This document shows, piece by piece, positions 48,201 through 60,732 of a stretch of 64,000 nt of DNA. Source of the DNA: Octopus vulgaris. Taxonomy: Eukaryota. Numbering within the stretch: the stretch's first letter is position 1; the number at the start of each line of letters is the position of its first letter. Both the position numbers and the translations under genes were made by a program. Under the pieces are notes generated by a model. The model was not told the origin of the DNA. It saw only the letters and a program-made list of their open reading frames with translations, and did no database searches. The stretch covers positions 87,544,001 through 87,608,000 of the forward strand of contig OX597820.1 in NCBI GenBank assembly GCA_951406725.2, written 5' to 3'.

Positions 48201-50919
48201 GTATACATATTCCACCTCTGAGGACAATGAAAACTAAACCCTTATAGAAAGTGTTGTTTAGCCCTTGTTCAGCTCTGATCAAGCACACCTGCATTCAGGC
48301 ATGTCTTTTTCATCATCTCTTTTTTGTATTTCTACAACTACATTTGGATAAAGTTTTTCTTGTTTTAAGTTGGTAGGGTGCAATATGAAGGAATTGATTG
48401 ACTACTTGTATAGGGGTTAGATATACAGTTTGCTGGGTGTATGAGATACTGTTTGTACATAGGTTGTCAGTTCTTAACTTATTACAAGCTTGCATATCTC
48501 TGTTAATTTGGTTTTGTTGTTACCTGTGATGGTCTAGCTGCCTCTGTAGTGTAACAGTTCTCTCACAGCTACTTATTCTCAATAATGTTCAAAGTAACTG
48601 TAAACCTTGAAGATTTTTTTTTTTTTAAGTGATTGCTAAAGACTTTTTGATGTGACATTCTAATGGTGGTATATAATTATCTGACATTGTTTCACACCAC
48701 CATATAGTCATTTTCAAGAATTCACACCAGGTCTTCAGCAATCTATATGCCTCAGAACCCTGGAAAAGGAATTATGGTCTTTGATTTTCCTTTTCAAATT
48801 CACAAAAATTAAGTGCTATAGTATTATAAATAGGTGCTTTTATATTTTGTGTTTTAAGTTTAAATTTTGTTGGAATTGTCTTTCTGTTTCTTAATCTGAT
48901 AAATTAAGTACCAGAAATGGCTTCAGTGAGTTCTCTGCTACATGTTCTAAGAACTGGCTGCTTTTAGTCAGCTACAAATCTATGTATCAGCATTGTAACT
49001 GGAGGATTAACATGTTAAACCATTGAGGCATTATTAATTGGAGCCAAGAACTACTTCATCAATTTAAGCAAATATGAAAATTTGTCGACCTTGATTCTCT
49101 TGGAACATAAAACTGACTGTAAAAATATTTACCAGTGGCTTCTAGTATGAATTGGATTGGACTTTGACAAACTGTTCAACCTATACCAACAAGGAAAACT
49201 GACATAAAATGATGATGGTTGCAGTTGATATTGTTGTTAATGATGCCTAGCATTTAAATTTTACTGAGGTTGTTCAGTGTATTTAGTTAAATTGACTCAA
49301 ATAAGTTCAAATGTTGGCTTCATTAATGCCTTACTTTTAGCCTGCCTTGATTATTGAATTTATTGTGTGTAAAAAATTTGTGGATTGAGCCACTTACTGT
49401 ATCTGTTTTATTATAGTAGAACTTATGTGGGTATATTCACTTTATGTGTGTGTGAAAATAAACTCAGTGTTGGCAGGAATGGCTGAATGATTAAGAAATT
49501 TACTTCACAATCATGATATCCTGGGCTTGATCCTACAATACAAAACTTTCAAATCTAGACACAAGTCGACCCAAACCCTGAGAGTAAAAATGGATAAAGG
49601 GAAATGGTGTAGAAGTTTGTTGGTTGGATTATCTGTCATTAAAGGGTCCAACATTGTCATGCTGAGTCAGCTTGAGGAATATATTAATGGTACAAAGGTC
49701 TGTGGAATACTCATACATATGTAATACAATGTGTAGTTCCATTGATCAAAGCAGCTCATAGACTCTGTGGAAATTGATCCAGCAGCATTGTTTTTTATTG
49801 GTTGTGTTCATCTACTATTATGTCTAGTAAATTGAAACCCCACATCTAAAGTGACATTGTATAGAATATGTATGGGGGTGATTTAAAGTGATATATTTGT
49901 AAGATCTGTTTAATCTATATCAGTAGGGAAAGGCGTTTACGAATGGATCATTCAACAGTTTCTCTTCTATTCACAAAATAGATATAAATGTGAGTGAAAA
50001 TATTTTCTCTTTATCAGTTTGGGGAAACTATCTGCTTGCTTTGCAACTGGAACTAACAACTATTTTCCTCTGTTTAAAGTAACTATGTTAGTTATTTTAG
50101 TCAAATGTATAGATCGCTGGTGCATTAGGCAGCACTAAATAATACAGTACACAATTGTTTTCTAAAATCTTATTCACTAGACACCTACAGATGTTTTTTT
50201 CAAGTGCTTAAATCAATCCAAACATTTATCTAAGTTAGTATTAACCTACTTAATACAATGAACATATTTGTTAACACAAACTTGACTGTTATTTTTCATG
50301 TAGAGTATTCTATCTCTGAGTATTTAACCTCAGTGTTTTATTTAATGCTAACTTAAAAGCCGCACACCATGCGGACTTTTAAGCTAGCTCCTGTGGAGGG
50401 CTAATTGAGCCTGCGGCCCAAAGCTGAAGAGAGCAATAATAGTAATAAAGCATCTATTGGTACCTTACCAATATGGTTTTACTTTAAATTCAGTTTAAAT
50501 GAAAAACTTTAAGTTCACAAATTTTTGGAGTTCTTTTAAAATTTGAATTTTCAACTGTTAGCATACAACAAATCCTCATCCTGATCTCAATGCTGGCTGT
50601 TCAAGAACCAAATGAAGAGAAGATTTTCAATCCCAGGATCATCTTGATTACAAAAAGGTGTATGTCTTATGTAGAGCAAATGTAGACTAAGATACAGGGG
50701 TCCTAGATGGACAGACATACAGAATTTCATGTTTATTATTATAGGTATTTGCTGGTCTATATATTTATAGATATGAAGGTTAACAGAAACTCATTTGTTA
50801 AATAATAATGTCAAAGTTAAGTGTAATACTTCCTTACCAACTGGTACTTTTAATTTTAAGGTTGAATGGAATTGAAAATGTGAAGATCAGCATGAATTTA
50901 ACCCTCATTAATTGACATG

Positions 50920-51110
50920 TTCACTCGCTCAGTGCCCTTGCTTGATGAGGCTGGAGTCATCCCAGGTTAGTGGTCCCAGAAACCTCATCATGCATAGAGC
51001 CAACCATGTCCATCAGTGCTCTCCATTGCTGGTGGCCCTGTGCCAGCCCCTCTGCATCTTCGAAGTTGATGTTGAATCTTTGGAGATCCTCTCTAATCAT
51101 GCCCAGCCAT
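50920..51110 (-). pseudogene. C-terminal fragment of another RTE-type LINE
   Basis: Minus-strand translation WLGMIREDLQRFNINFEDAEGLAQGHQQWRALM resembles the RTE W...I..D...A.DR..WR tail. Confidence 0.5.
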
Positions 51111-51609
51111 CAAATGGTACCATCACATTTTCAACAAAGAACTGCATGCACACACGCAAATGCATCAGCCTGTAGCCTCCTACCTGGATCATACTGCCAG
51201 GGCTTTACTCTCATGAATTGACAGGTTGCAAGATCAATTTTTGTAGGGGAGATATCGATTACTAGTTTTTATATTTGTTGACTCTGGGGGAATTAAAAGT
51301 AAAAGTCACTCTAGCGGGGACTGTAGGAGGCCAAAATAAAGCATTTTAAAGTATTTAGTGCTCTACAAGTTCTGTTAATTTGAAAGTTCCTGTGGTTTTT
51401 AACAATGATATTCAACTGGGAAGTGTTTTCAGTTTGGTTTACAAACACAGACAAATAATGAACTGTTAAATGATACTGGACAACTGTAATTTGAGACCAA
51501 ATCAAGAAATAAAATAGTAACATAGGAGAGAACAGGAAAATAATAGTGCCATTAAAATATCAGAGACCAGTTGAAGAATAGCAGACAGTCTTAAGATAAC
51601 CTGTAATAT

Positions 51610-51826
51610 TGATTTAAAATTTTGGCACAAGGCCAGCAGTTTTTGGGGAATGGGTAAGTCAGTCACATCAATCCTAGTACTCAACCGGTACTTATTTTTA
51701 TCAACCCTGGAAAGATGAAAGGCAAAGTTGACCTTGGCAGAATTTGAACTCAGAGTGTAAAAATTAACAAAATGTTGCTAAGCATTTTGCCCTGTGTGCT
51801 AATGATTCTGCCAGCTTGTAACCTTA
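51610..51826 (-). mobile_element. SINE family A-related copy, CpG-decayed
   Basis: ATGAAAGGCAAAGTTGACCTTGGCAGAATTTGAACTCAG...TTCTGCCAGCT; family CpGs converted to TG/CA. Confidence 0.85.
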
Positions 51827-52317
51827 AGATAACATGTTGTTATCACATGTAGATATTGTGGTTTGTGTATCATCAGTGGTTCTATTGTATTGTTTTCAAT
51901 GTCATGTGTATATATAAATGTAATGATGTACTTTATTCATATCACTTTTGTATCTAACAGCAGTACTCTTCCTTTTAAATTGTCAAATGTCTAAAGCAAA
52001 TATGAGACTTATGTTTCATCAAGATGTTATTAAATCTGTATAGCTTTTTAAATTGTATTTGTTTTAACATTGCACCCCAACCCCTGTTGTTTTCTCTCTG
52101 TTGGGCAAGTCTGGAGTACTTACATCACCCCTTTTCTAGATCCTGTTCTTATCTCAACATCATTTCCTTTGTCTTCCACTGCCAATGTGTAGCACTCCGT
52201 TTTGTAGCCACATCACATGTTCATACCAATCTAGTCATCTCTCCTCAATACCCCATCCACTTAGACAAGTAATGTCTTTAATGCCCAGCTGCCAGTCTCT
52301 ACCCAACCTTATAAGCA

Positions 52318-52376
<59 letters not shown>

Positions 52377-53025
52377 TGTGTGTGTATCTAATGAACTTTA
52401 TAGCTTCCTTTAGTCATTGCAGTCATTTAAACAAGTTAAATTCTATTAAAATATTTCTAAAGGAAACCAAAGATTATTGCTTCGTCTCAGATGGCAAATA
52501 AACAATGATGTCATCAGTAACCTCGTTTTTTTTTTTTCTGAAGGAAGGAGTTACTAGAATGCTAACCATCTGCTGTATGGAATTAGCCAGAAGTTGTATC
52601 TGATTTTAGTTCAAGCTGGGGAAATATTTAAAGAACTGCCCCTTCCCCACCTGTACCAATTCAATTATAGCTAAAACATCTGAGGTATATTTGAAGAATC
52701 TTTGCTAATGAATTAATGCTATGTAAACAGTGTTTTATTCAACCATCTGTTGTAAAAGTTGATAGAAATTGATGAGAAATGGATTCTTCAAAATAAAAAA
52801 AAAATTGTCACATGGCTGCCAGCATTGTTAATTCAATCCATCTGCTAGTAATAGCAGCTAATTCTTCTACAGATCACACTCTGCTGTATAAAATAAGAGG
52901 CCGATACAGTGTACTCTGACATGGCTCTAAAAAGACTTGATGGGCATAGCTGGAATTGAGGTCACCTGGATCAGAGAGTGGTTGCGACAATGCAAAAAAG
53001 GAAAAAACACTGCAATTTATTATAT

Positions 53026-53405
53026 AGGCATGGCTATGTGGTAAGAAGCTTGCTACGCAACCACATAGTTCCAGGTTCAGTCCCACTGCATGGCACTTTG
53101 GGCAAGTGTCTTCTATAACCTTGGGCTGACCAAAGCCTTGAGTGGATTTGGTAGAAACTGAAAGAAGCCTGTCATAAATATATATATTTATATATATATA
53201 TTTGTTTGTTTTTCTCCCCACCATCGCTTGACAACTGATGTTGGTGTGTTTATGTTCCTGTAACATAGTAGTTCAGCAAAAAAGACTGATAGAATAAGTA
53301 CTAGGATTACAAAGAATAAGTCCTGGGGTTGATTAGTTCGACTAAAATCCCTTAAGGTTGGTCTCCAGCATGGCCACAGTCAGATGACTGAAACAAATGA
53401 ATAAA
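53026..53405 (+). mobile_element. CORE-type SINE family B copy
   Basis: Colinear with 40027-40410. Confidence 0.85.
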
Positions 53406-54175
53406 AAGCACAAACAAAAGAGGAATGACAGTTACTGTCACAGAGGCTTGAACTCGGTTGTGGAATGGAATGTAATAGAACCGGTTAGGTATTCAATTTG
53501 ATTCTCTATCACTTAGTGTCAAATTGCCAGAATGCCAAACTAAATAGTTTTACACTATTTAATTTCATTCTGCTACAGTCTCTTCTGTCTTTCATTCTTC
53601 TGGAGACAATAACCCCAAATATCAATGTGTGTGTGTTAGTTCTTTGTCCACTTTTTTTCTATGCTAACTTGGGTTGCATAAATACATCACCAAAGTATTG
53701 TTTTACAGCTGGATGCTTTTCTTATAGCTAACCTTTGGTTTTCAAATATGGGGATTTTTTTTTTTTATTTCACACATCTTTGAAAGTGTAGAGAGAAAGG
53801 AAATAGAAGACAATTTTGTTGATAGTGTCAACAAACATTACCTTTGTTTTGGTTTAATATTTTTCATGCATAAGCAAGGAATGAAAACACATGCATACAT
53901 GCATGCACACATACTTATTTATAATGGTCCTCAATGCAATTTCCTTCTACCAATTCCATTCACAGGGCATAATTGGCCTGTGACTACAGTTGAAGACAGT
54001 TGCCCTAAGTGCCATGCAGTGAGGTAGAACTTAAGACTGTGCAACAAGAACATCTTCCACAGAGCCATGATTGTACATGTGTGTATGCTTGCTCCTCTCT
54101 CTCTCTGTGTATATATATATATATGTACACACACACACACACACACGCCTACATAAATGAGAGAGAGAGAGCAGA

Positions 54176-54372
54176 TGAGGTGGAAATGCTTAGCGGTATA
54201 TCGTCTGCTGCTACGTTCTGAGTTGAAATTGCGCCAAGGTCGACTTTGCCTTTCATCCTTTCAGGGTCGATTAAATATGTACCAGTTACGCACTGGGGTC
54301 AATATAATTGACTTAATCCATTTGTTTGTCCCTTCTGTGTGTGTGTAGCCCCTTGTGGGCAGTAAGGAAATA
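54176..54372 (+). mobile_element. SINE family A copy lacking its extreme 5' end
   Basis: AAATGCTTAGCGGTAT...GCCTTTCATCCTTTCAGGGTCGAT...AGCCCCTTGTGGGCAGTAAGGAAATA. Confidence 0.85.
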
Positions 54373-56067
54373 AGAACAGATGAGATCCAGAGATGCTCAA
54401 TATTGAAAAAAAATTTAGTTACATTCAAATAATTCAGACTTACGCTCCAAAATCTTTACCGAAGACTAAGTCCATGGAGTAAAGAGTAGCTATAAGAAGA
54501 ATCCAGCTGAGCAGATATGGATATAATGATTCAAATAAACATAAAGCCACTTGGGCTCCATATACAAAATATACATGTAATCATGTAAATAGAGAGAAAA
54601 TATATTTAGATGAACATTCACATATAGATATAGATATTTATTATATTAGCATATTAAACTTACGCAGTACAAAGACCCATAAAATTAAGGGGAGAAGGTA
54701 TGGTGTTACAGGTCCAACAGCTGTCTGGGGGCTGTGTACACACACACACTGTGTACACACACACACACTGTGTACACACACACACAGTACTGGACATTGT
54801 TGGTTTGGCTCGTGTCAGACTTGACCCAACAGTATAAATTAATACAAAACAAATTAGTACAAAAGCAGTACAAATTAGGCATAACCCACATATCCATTCT
54901 CCCCGTGAAGTCATGTCACTGTTTAGCAGAGAACCACACTACACTCTAACATGCAATGATAAACTGCATAGAGTGAAGCATGACGGTCTAGACATATTAC
55001 ACTCTCCACTGTCTGGTCTGTTTCTGTACTCAAGTTCTGATAGCAGCTATACTAGAGGTAAGGTAGACTCAATCTAAGCATAACAGTTGCTGCTGTTTGT
55101 GTTGTGAATCTCAGGAGTGCAATATAATTTCAAGGTGATTTGGTTGCTATTTCTTACAGGGATTAGATATAGAAGCTCTTTCATTAGCTAAGTGGTGGTG
55201 GTCACTGTTATTGCTTATTAGCTCTACATCAGCTCTGAACAGGTATATGATTAATGACATTCCAGCCATGAGCATCCCCTCATTTTTCAGTGCAAGACCA
55301 CAAGCTTGTGTAGCTTTATTTTTTTCTAAGACACTATTATTTAGCTGCTATTTCTAGCAAGTATCCTGCAATAATCAATGTGTATATACTAGAGGTAGTA
55401 AGTGGTAGTCAATGTGTAACATACAGGTGGTTGGGGAGTGGTGGTCTTTGCAGGTATGTATTTGGTGGTGTGGAACAGCAGTCATTTTACAAATCTACAC
55501 TCCCTTCTGTCTACTGCAGAACATTGCTTTCTTTTTAAAGAATTAACAAATCAATATATATATCTGGTACCATTTCAGTGAGTTAGTTATATGAAAATAT
55601 CCTAAGAACGTCAACCACATCAGCATGGCAAGTGTGGGAAAGTCTGAAAAGGCCATGTGAAAATTTCTTCTTTCTCAGAATAAATTATTCAAATAAAACC
55701 CCAATTTCCATTTGAAATGATCGTTAATGGTGTCTATAAATAATGGTAATTTGTGGGGTAATATATAGTTTTCTGTTGAACGTTATTTACATGTCAGTTT
55801 CTACTGATAGATTTTCTATATTGATATTTTGTTGGTGACTTCGTTTAGGTATTAGATCTTGGGGCTAAGTCCAGAGTTCCCCAAGCTCTGCCAGTGGTAG
55901 GAGGCTTCGAACACACTTATTTATATATAATGAATGTTTATTGTACAATATTGTTGTTGCTGTGTGGTAAGAAATTTGCTTCTCAGCACCGCATGGTTTG
56001 GGAATCCTTCTGACCTATGCCAGGAAGAGGAGTTCATTTATACTGACAGTTTCATATTTCTCTAGCG

Positions 56068-56340
56068 TATATTTTTTTTTCTTCACTCATTTCTTATTGT
56101 TCTTATTCTATTATTCTAACTCATGTCCATTGTCTGGAAATCTTTCGTCACACACCTGTGACTTCTTCAGTAACACTTTTCGTTTTCGTGTGTGTTCTTG
56201 CTCCACTTACTCCATTCAGAACAGAACGAAAATGAAAAGTGTCACTGAAGAGGTCACAGATGTGTAACGAAAGATTTCCAGACAATGGACATGAGTTAAA
56301 ATAATAGAATAAGAACAGTAAGAAATGAATGAAGAAATAA

Positions 56341-56350
<10 letters not shown>
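56068..56350. repeat. Inverted repeat (~130-bp arms, 19-nt spacer) with a hammerhead-like core in each arm
   Basis: Arms at about 56068-56198 and 56218-56350. CTGAAGA-stem-GAAA on minus (56131-56175) and plus (56240-56284). Confidence 0.85.
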
Positions 56351-56407
<57 letters not shown>

Positions 56408-56464
56408 GTGTGCAATTGTTTATTTGGAAAAAGAAAAAAAAATGACCATTCCGAAATACAACAA

Positions 56465-56532
<68 letters not shown>

Positions 56533-58868
56533 TATATATTGTTACTGTTTCCTTCACATAATGGTTGTGAAAAAAAAAAAACTAAAAGTCTTCTCATCAT
56601 GCAAGCAGTGTCCTTCATTTCTATTCATCCATTAAAACCTGTCTGGTCGTGTCTGGTGACAAGAACATCTGGCCATAGAAAAATTTACCTCAGTAAATTC
56701 TGTCCAACCCAGGCAAGCATGGAAAAGTGGACAGTAAAGATGATAATGATGATTGTTGTTTAGCCCTCATTAAGCCAAGTCAGACATTCCAGTTGTGACC
56801 ATCCCATTATTTATTCAGATATCTCAGACTGCACTATCCAATGTGTCCACACTGAGGTGTGGTTTGGGGGAAATTTAGTTGTTAGTTCTAGTGGACTTGT
56901 AACCATGTGTTGGTACTCTTGCTGATTTTCAATGCTTCATGCTAACAGGGGTTGAGTATGACATCAGCAGAGTGCAGTTAGATATGTTAATTGTGCATGT
57001 GTGTGAGTGGGAGAGAGAAAGAGAAATAATTATGAGAAGCCACACTAAATGAATAGGATGAACTTATTAAATGGTTAACATATCTAATTGTCACATACTA
57101 TGGTAACACTCATATACACGTTTGTGTTTGTAAATGTGTAGATCTATAGTTGTATAATATATATTTATACCTGTGTGTGTGTGTCTCTCTTTCTCTCTCT
57201 CTCTCTACTGGTAGTTTCAGATGACCTGCTATTAACTAAACTGGGGATATAACTCCTCTCATAACATCAAATGTGTCTATGGCACAGACCCACAAACTAT
57301 ACAACACCTATTGAGAAGCCTTCTAATGCAAAAACCATGCATTTCTCTTGACCTTGATGTGAAGAAATGTGTTCAGTTTTGACTGAATATAATATGGCAC
57401 TAAAGTTGATGTATTAGACACGATAAGCACTAATTTGAAGCAGAAAATAAAAAGTTTTAAAATTCTCATTTAGTTGACTTTAGTTTTTTAAAACTATTTT
57501 GTTTTTCAGTTGCTGCAAGAGTTTGTAATTGAAACTTTCATGTAGATATAGTTGATAAAAATATGTGCTTAGCTGACTAATAGTAGAAGTGTTATCACCA
57601 AAGCAAGATTAGGCATAACCAGAAAAAATATTGTTATAACATTTAAAAGAATCTATTTAAAGTTTATCAGATTAGCCATGTTGAAAGACTCTTAGGATTA
57701 AAATTGGTGTTGCTATTTAGCTCTAGGTCAACTTTAATTGAGCAGAGCTATAATCAAAGGTGATTCAGCTGTGACCATTCTGTCTTTAGAGACCTCTAGG
57801 ACTACATTATCTATGACATTTGAAGGAACTTTGGCTCAATTTTTTTGCATGTTGCGAAACCATTCAAAGACTCTCTTGTTGCCTTATAATAAGTTGTTTC
57901 TTAATTATTTAGGTTGGGCACTGTACCTACTCCCCTGATCAAGTCCGCTTGACTCCTCCTCATTTCTAAGATCACTGCAGCCTATGCAGAGAGGGAACCA
58001 GAGGCAGAGGATGTTAAGCAAGTTGTCTAGTTTGAATGCCTGCAACTAAGTGAACTTTATTATCAAAGGCCATTCAGGGGTCAGATCTAGTTGATTGAGT
58101 AAATAACAATATATTTTTAGCACTTGTGTTGGTGACTCTTCCTGTATGAACATTGTGAATCCTGTTGATATTTGATCTTAGAACATTGAGAAACCAAACT
58201 AAATACTTTAAACCTTTCACTGTGAATTTAAATTTCATTATTCCAATAATAATGTTAAAGGAATACCAAAAATAGAATTGGTATTTTCTGCAAGTCACGT
58301 TGCCTAATTAAACTTGACGTATTTAAAAATAGTTTCAAGCATGACATTCCTCAACAAAAAGTTAAATTTGTATATAAATCTGCTTTTCACAATCGGGGAT
58401 AATGGAATTTTGAGTGTGTGTGTGTGTGTGTGTGAGTGTGTGTATATATGCTTTCTGCAGTAAAATTAAGGTATTTAACAGTTGTTGTCCTGTTTGTTCA
58501 TTAAAACATGAACTTTTATAATTTTTTGAGTTGACACAAAGATAATCATATTACTGGTGAGGTGTGGGGTGTGGCCATTGAGTGGGCTGAGCTTTCTTTA
58601 TACTGTTTTTTTTTTTTTTTTTTCAACCCTAGAAGTATGAAAGGTAAAGTTGGCTCTAAGATTTGCCCTTTAAATGTTGAGAGAAAAAACTAAATACTGT
58701 ACCAGTCTCTCACAATATTATTTATACCAACTCCGTTCACCTGCTATTGGTTAAAATTCTCTTGGTTCCAGGCAACATGGTTGCTTGATAGTCTACTATT
58801 AGCAACCATACTGCGTTTAAATCACACTCTACTATTAAAAAAAATAATAATGGGAAGGCAACATTGGA

Positions 58869-59279
58869 GGATCTTTTCGGTTTGAACGGCATTTTTTCTA
58901 GTGGTGTCATATGAAATTGTCCCCCATAATTATGACCATAGTATTGATCTATTGCATTTCGATCTATTTTAGGGTTAGGGTTGGTTAGGGGTGGGGGGAA
59001 GGGTATCTTTTTTCTTCACAAATGTAAATAAACCCAATCTGTTTCTTAAATGAGGGACATATTCATACGGCACGGAATGTTGTTTACCTCAATGGACGTC
59101 AGTGATTGGTTGAAATTGCAGAAATTGAAGAAAAAAACAACAAATATCTTACAAACTATAGAATTTTCTCAAAGCCAAGAGAAAAATGTTTTATAAACAT
59201 ATTCTACCAGTATACGAAGTTTAAAATCTTTTAGCTACCTAGAAATTGTTAAAAACTGCCGTTCAAACCGAAAAGATCC
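58869..59279. mobile_element. Merlin-like MITE with 8-bp TSD and internal TTAGGG repeats
   Basis: Perfect 23-bp TIR GGATCTTTTCGGTTTGAACGGCA; TSD ACATTGGA at 58861-58868 and 59280-59287. GG termini with an 8-bp TSD fit the Merlin superfamily. Confidence 0.85.
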
Positions 59280-59662
59280 ACATTGGATACTGTTGTCCAG
59301 ATACAAAAAAGAGATGGTCATGTCTGGAATAATTTTTGATCATAGGTTTGCCTGAACAGCATATTGATCTACAATTAAACAATGTCAGTTGAGGTCATTG
59401 TTGACAGACTCAGAAATGTCTAATTACATTTTTTAAATTTTGATTAAAATATCTGATAAACTCATTTTATGTAAACTATTGGGAATATAGCTGTTACAAA
59501 TTTTGTAAACTGTTGGGAGTATATCTTTTATGAATTTTGAGTTGGTATTGTGGCTTGAATAGTTGAAATATCAGAGGTTTTCACAGAAGTTAGAACAGGA
59601 TGGAGACTCATTCAAGATTTCAATGTTTGAGATGAGTAATTAAAATACCACCAATCCCTTAA

Positions 59663-60732
59663 CCCTTTCGATACCAAACCGCCCAAAGCCGCCCGAAAAA
59701 AATTTTGGTTAATGTGACCAAACCACCCAAACCCGCCCAAATTTACCTATTCATATTTAAATGAGAATATCAGAGCAAATCTCTTTAGTACATTCGTGAA
59801 AACACATATTTCGTAAACAGTTCAACTACAGTTTTGTTCAACAATCGAAGTGTAATTTTAATTCCGTGAATTTTGGGAGATTTTTTTTCCTAAATTTGTT
59901 CCTATTGTGTTTTCAAAATTTGTAATTCTGACAAAAAATGGATACGAATTTCATTATATCAAGCAGCGAGTCAGAATTCGAAGGATTTTCTACTGAAGAC
60001 CTTCATAAATCTAACTCTATGACTGAAAAAAAAAGCACGAGGTATTTGATAATGAATCTGATGTTTCATTTTCCGAAAGTGAAAACAGTGAATCCGAGAG
60101 CTCCGACAGCGATAAAGAAAATGAATTGGCATCTGAATGGAGTGAAAATTTAAAAACTGTTTCTTTCAGTGATTTTTCTGAAGAAACTGGACCAAGCCAC
60201 AGACTTTTCCAGGAGAGTAAAGCCTTAGACTATTTCTTTTTACTTTTTCGAATGAGCCTATTTGACATCATTATGGCAGAAATGAACCGTTACGCTAAAC
60301 GTAAACAAAGCGAAAGAAAATGGTTTCCCATAACCTTAAATGAAATTAAGACTATTTTGCCATAAATATTATTATGGGTATCAGAAAGTTACCCAGAATA
60401 ACAAATTCTATCGTAAAATTTTGTTGTATACCCAATTGAATATTAGCTAATAACCCATTTTCTATAGCGATGTTTGAACAAAATTTTAATAATTATATAT
60501 TTTGTTGAATTTACCTGTATCTACCTGCAATTAGTCACTTTGTGACAAAAATTATAGTATAGAATTGGTTGAGAACATTTCATTAAATTATCTTCCAAAA
60601 TTCACGTTAATATATTGATAAATAAAAAAGTTATAGTTGTTTAATGAAACCAGACTAAATTTATGATTACGTTAGAAATTAATTGAAACACATAAGGGGT
60701 GTATTTTGGTCAGAAATATAGTAACGAAAGGG
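59663..60732 (+). mobile_element. piggyBac deletion derivative retaining the transposase N-terminus
   Basis: TTAA at 59659-59662 and 60733-60736; TIR CCCTTTCGATAC/GTAACGAAAGGG; acidic N-terminus SSSESEFEGF then LDYFFLLF...EMNRYA...WFPITLNEIK..FAINIIMGIRKLP with frameshifts; catalytic domain absent. Confidence 0.92.
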
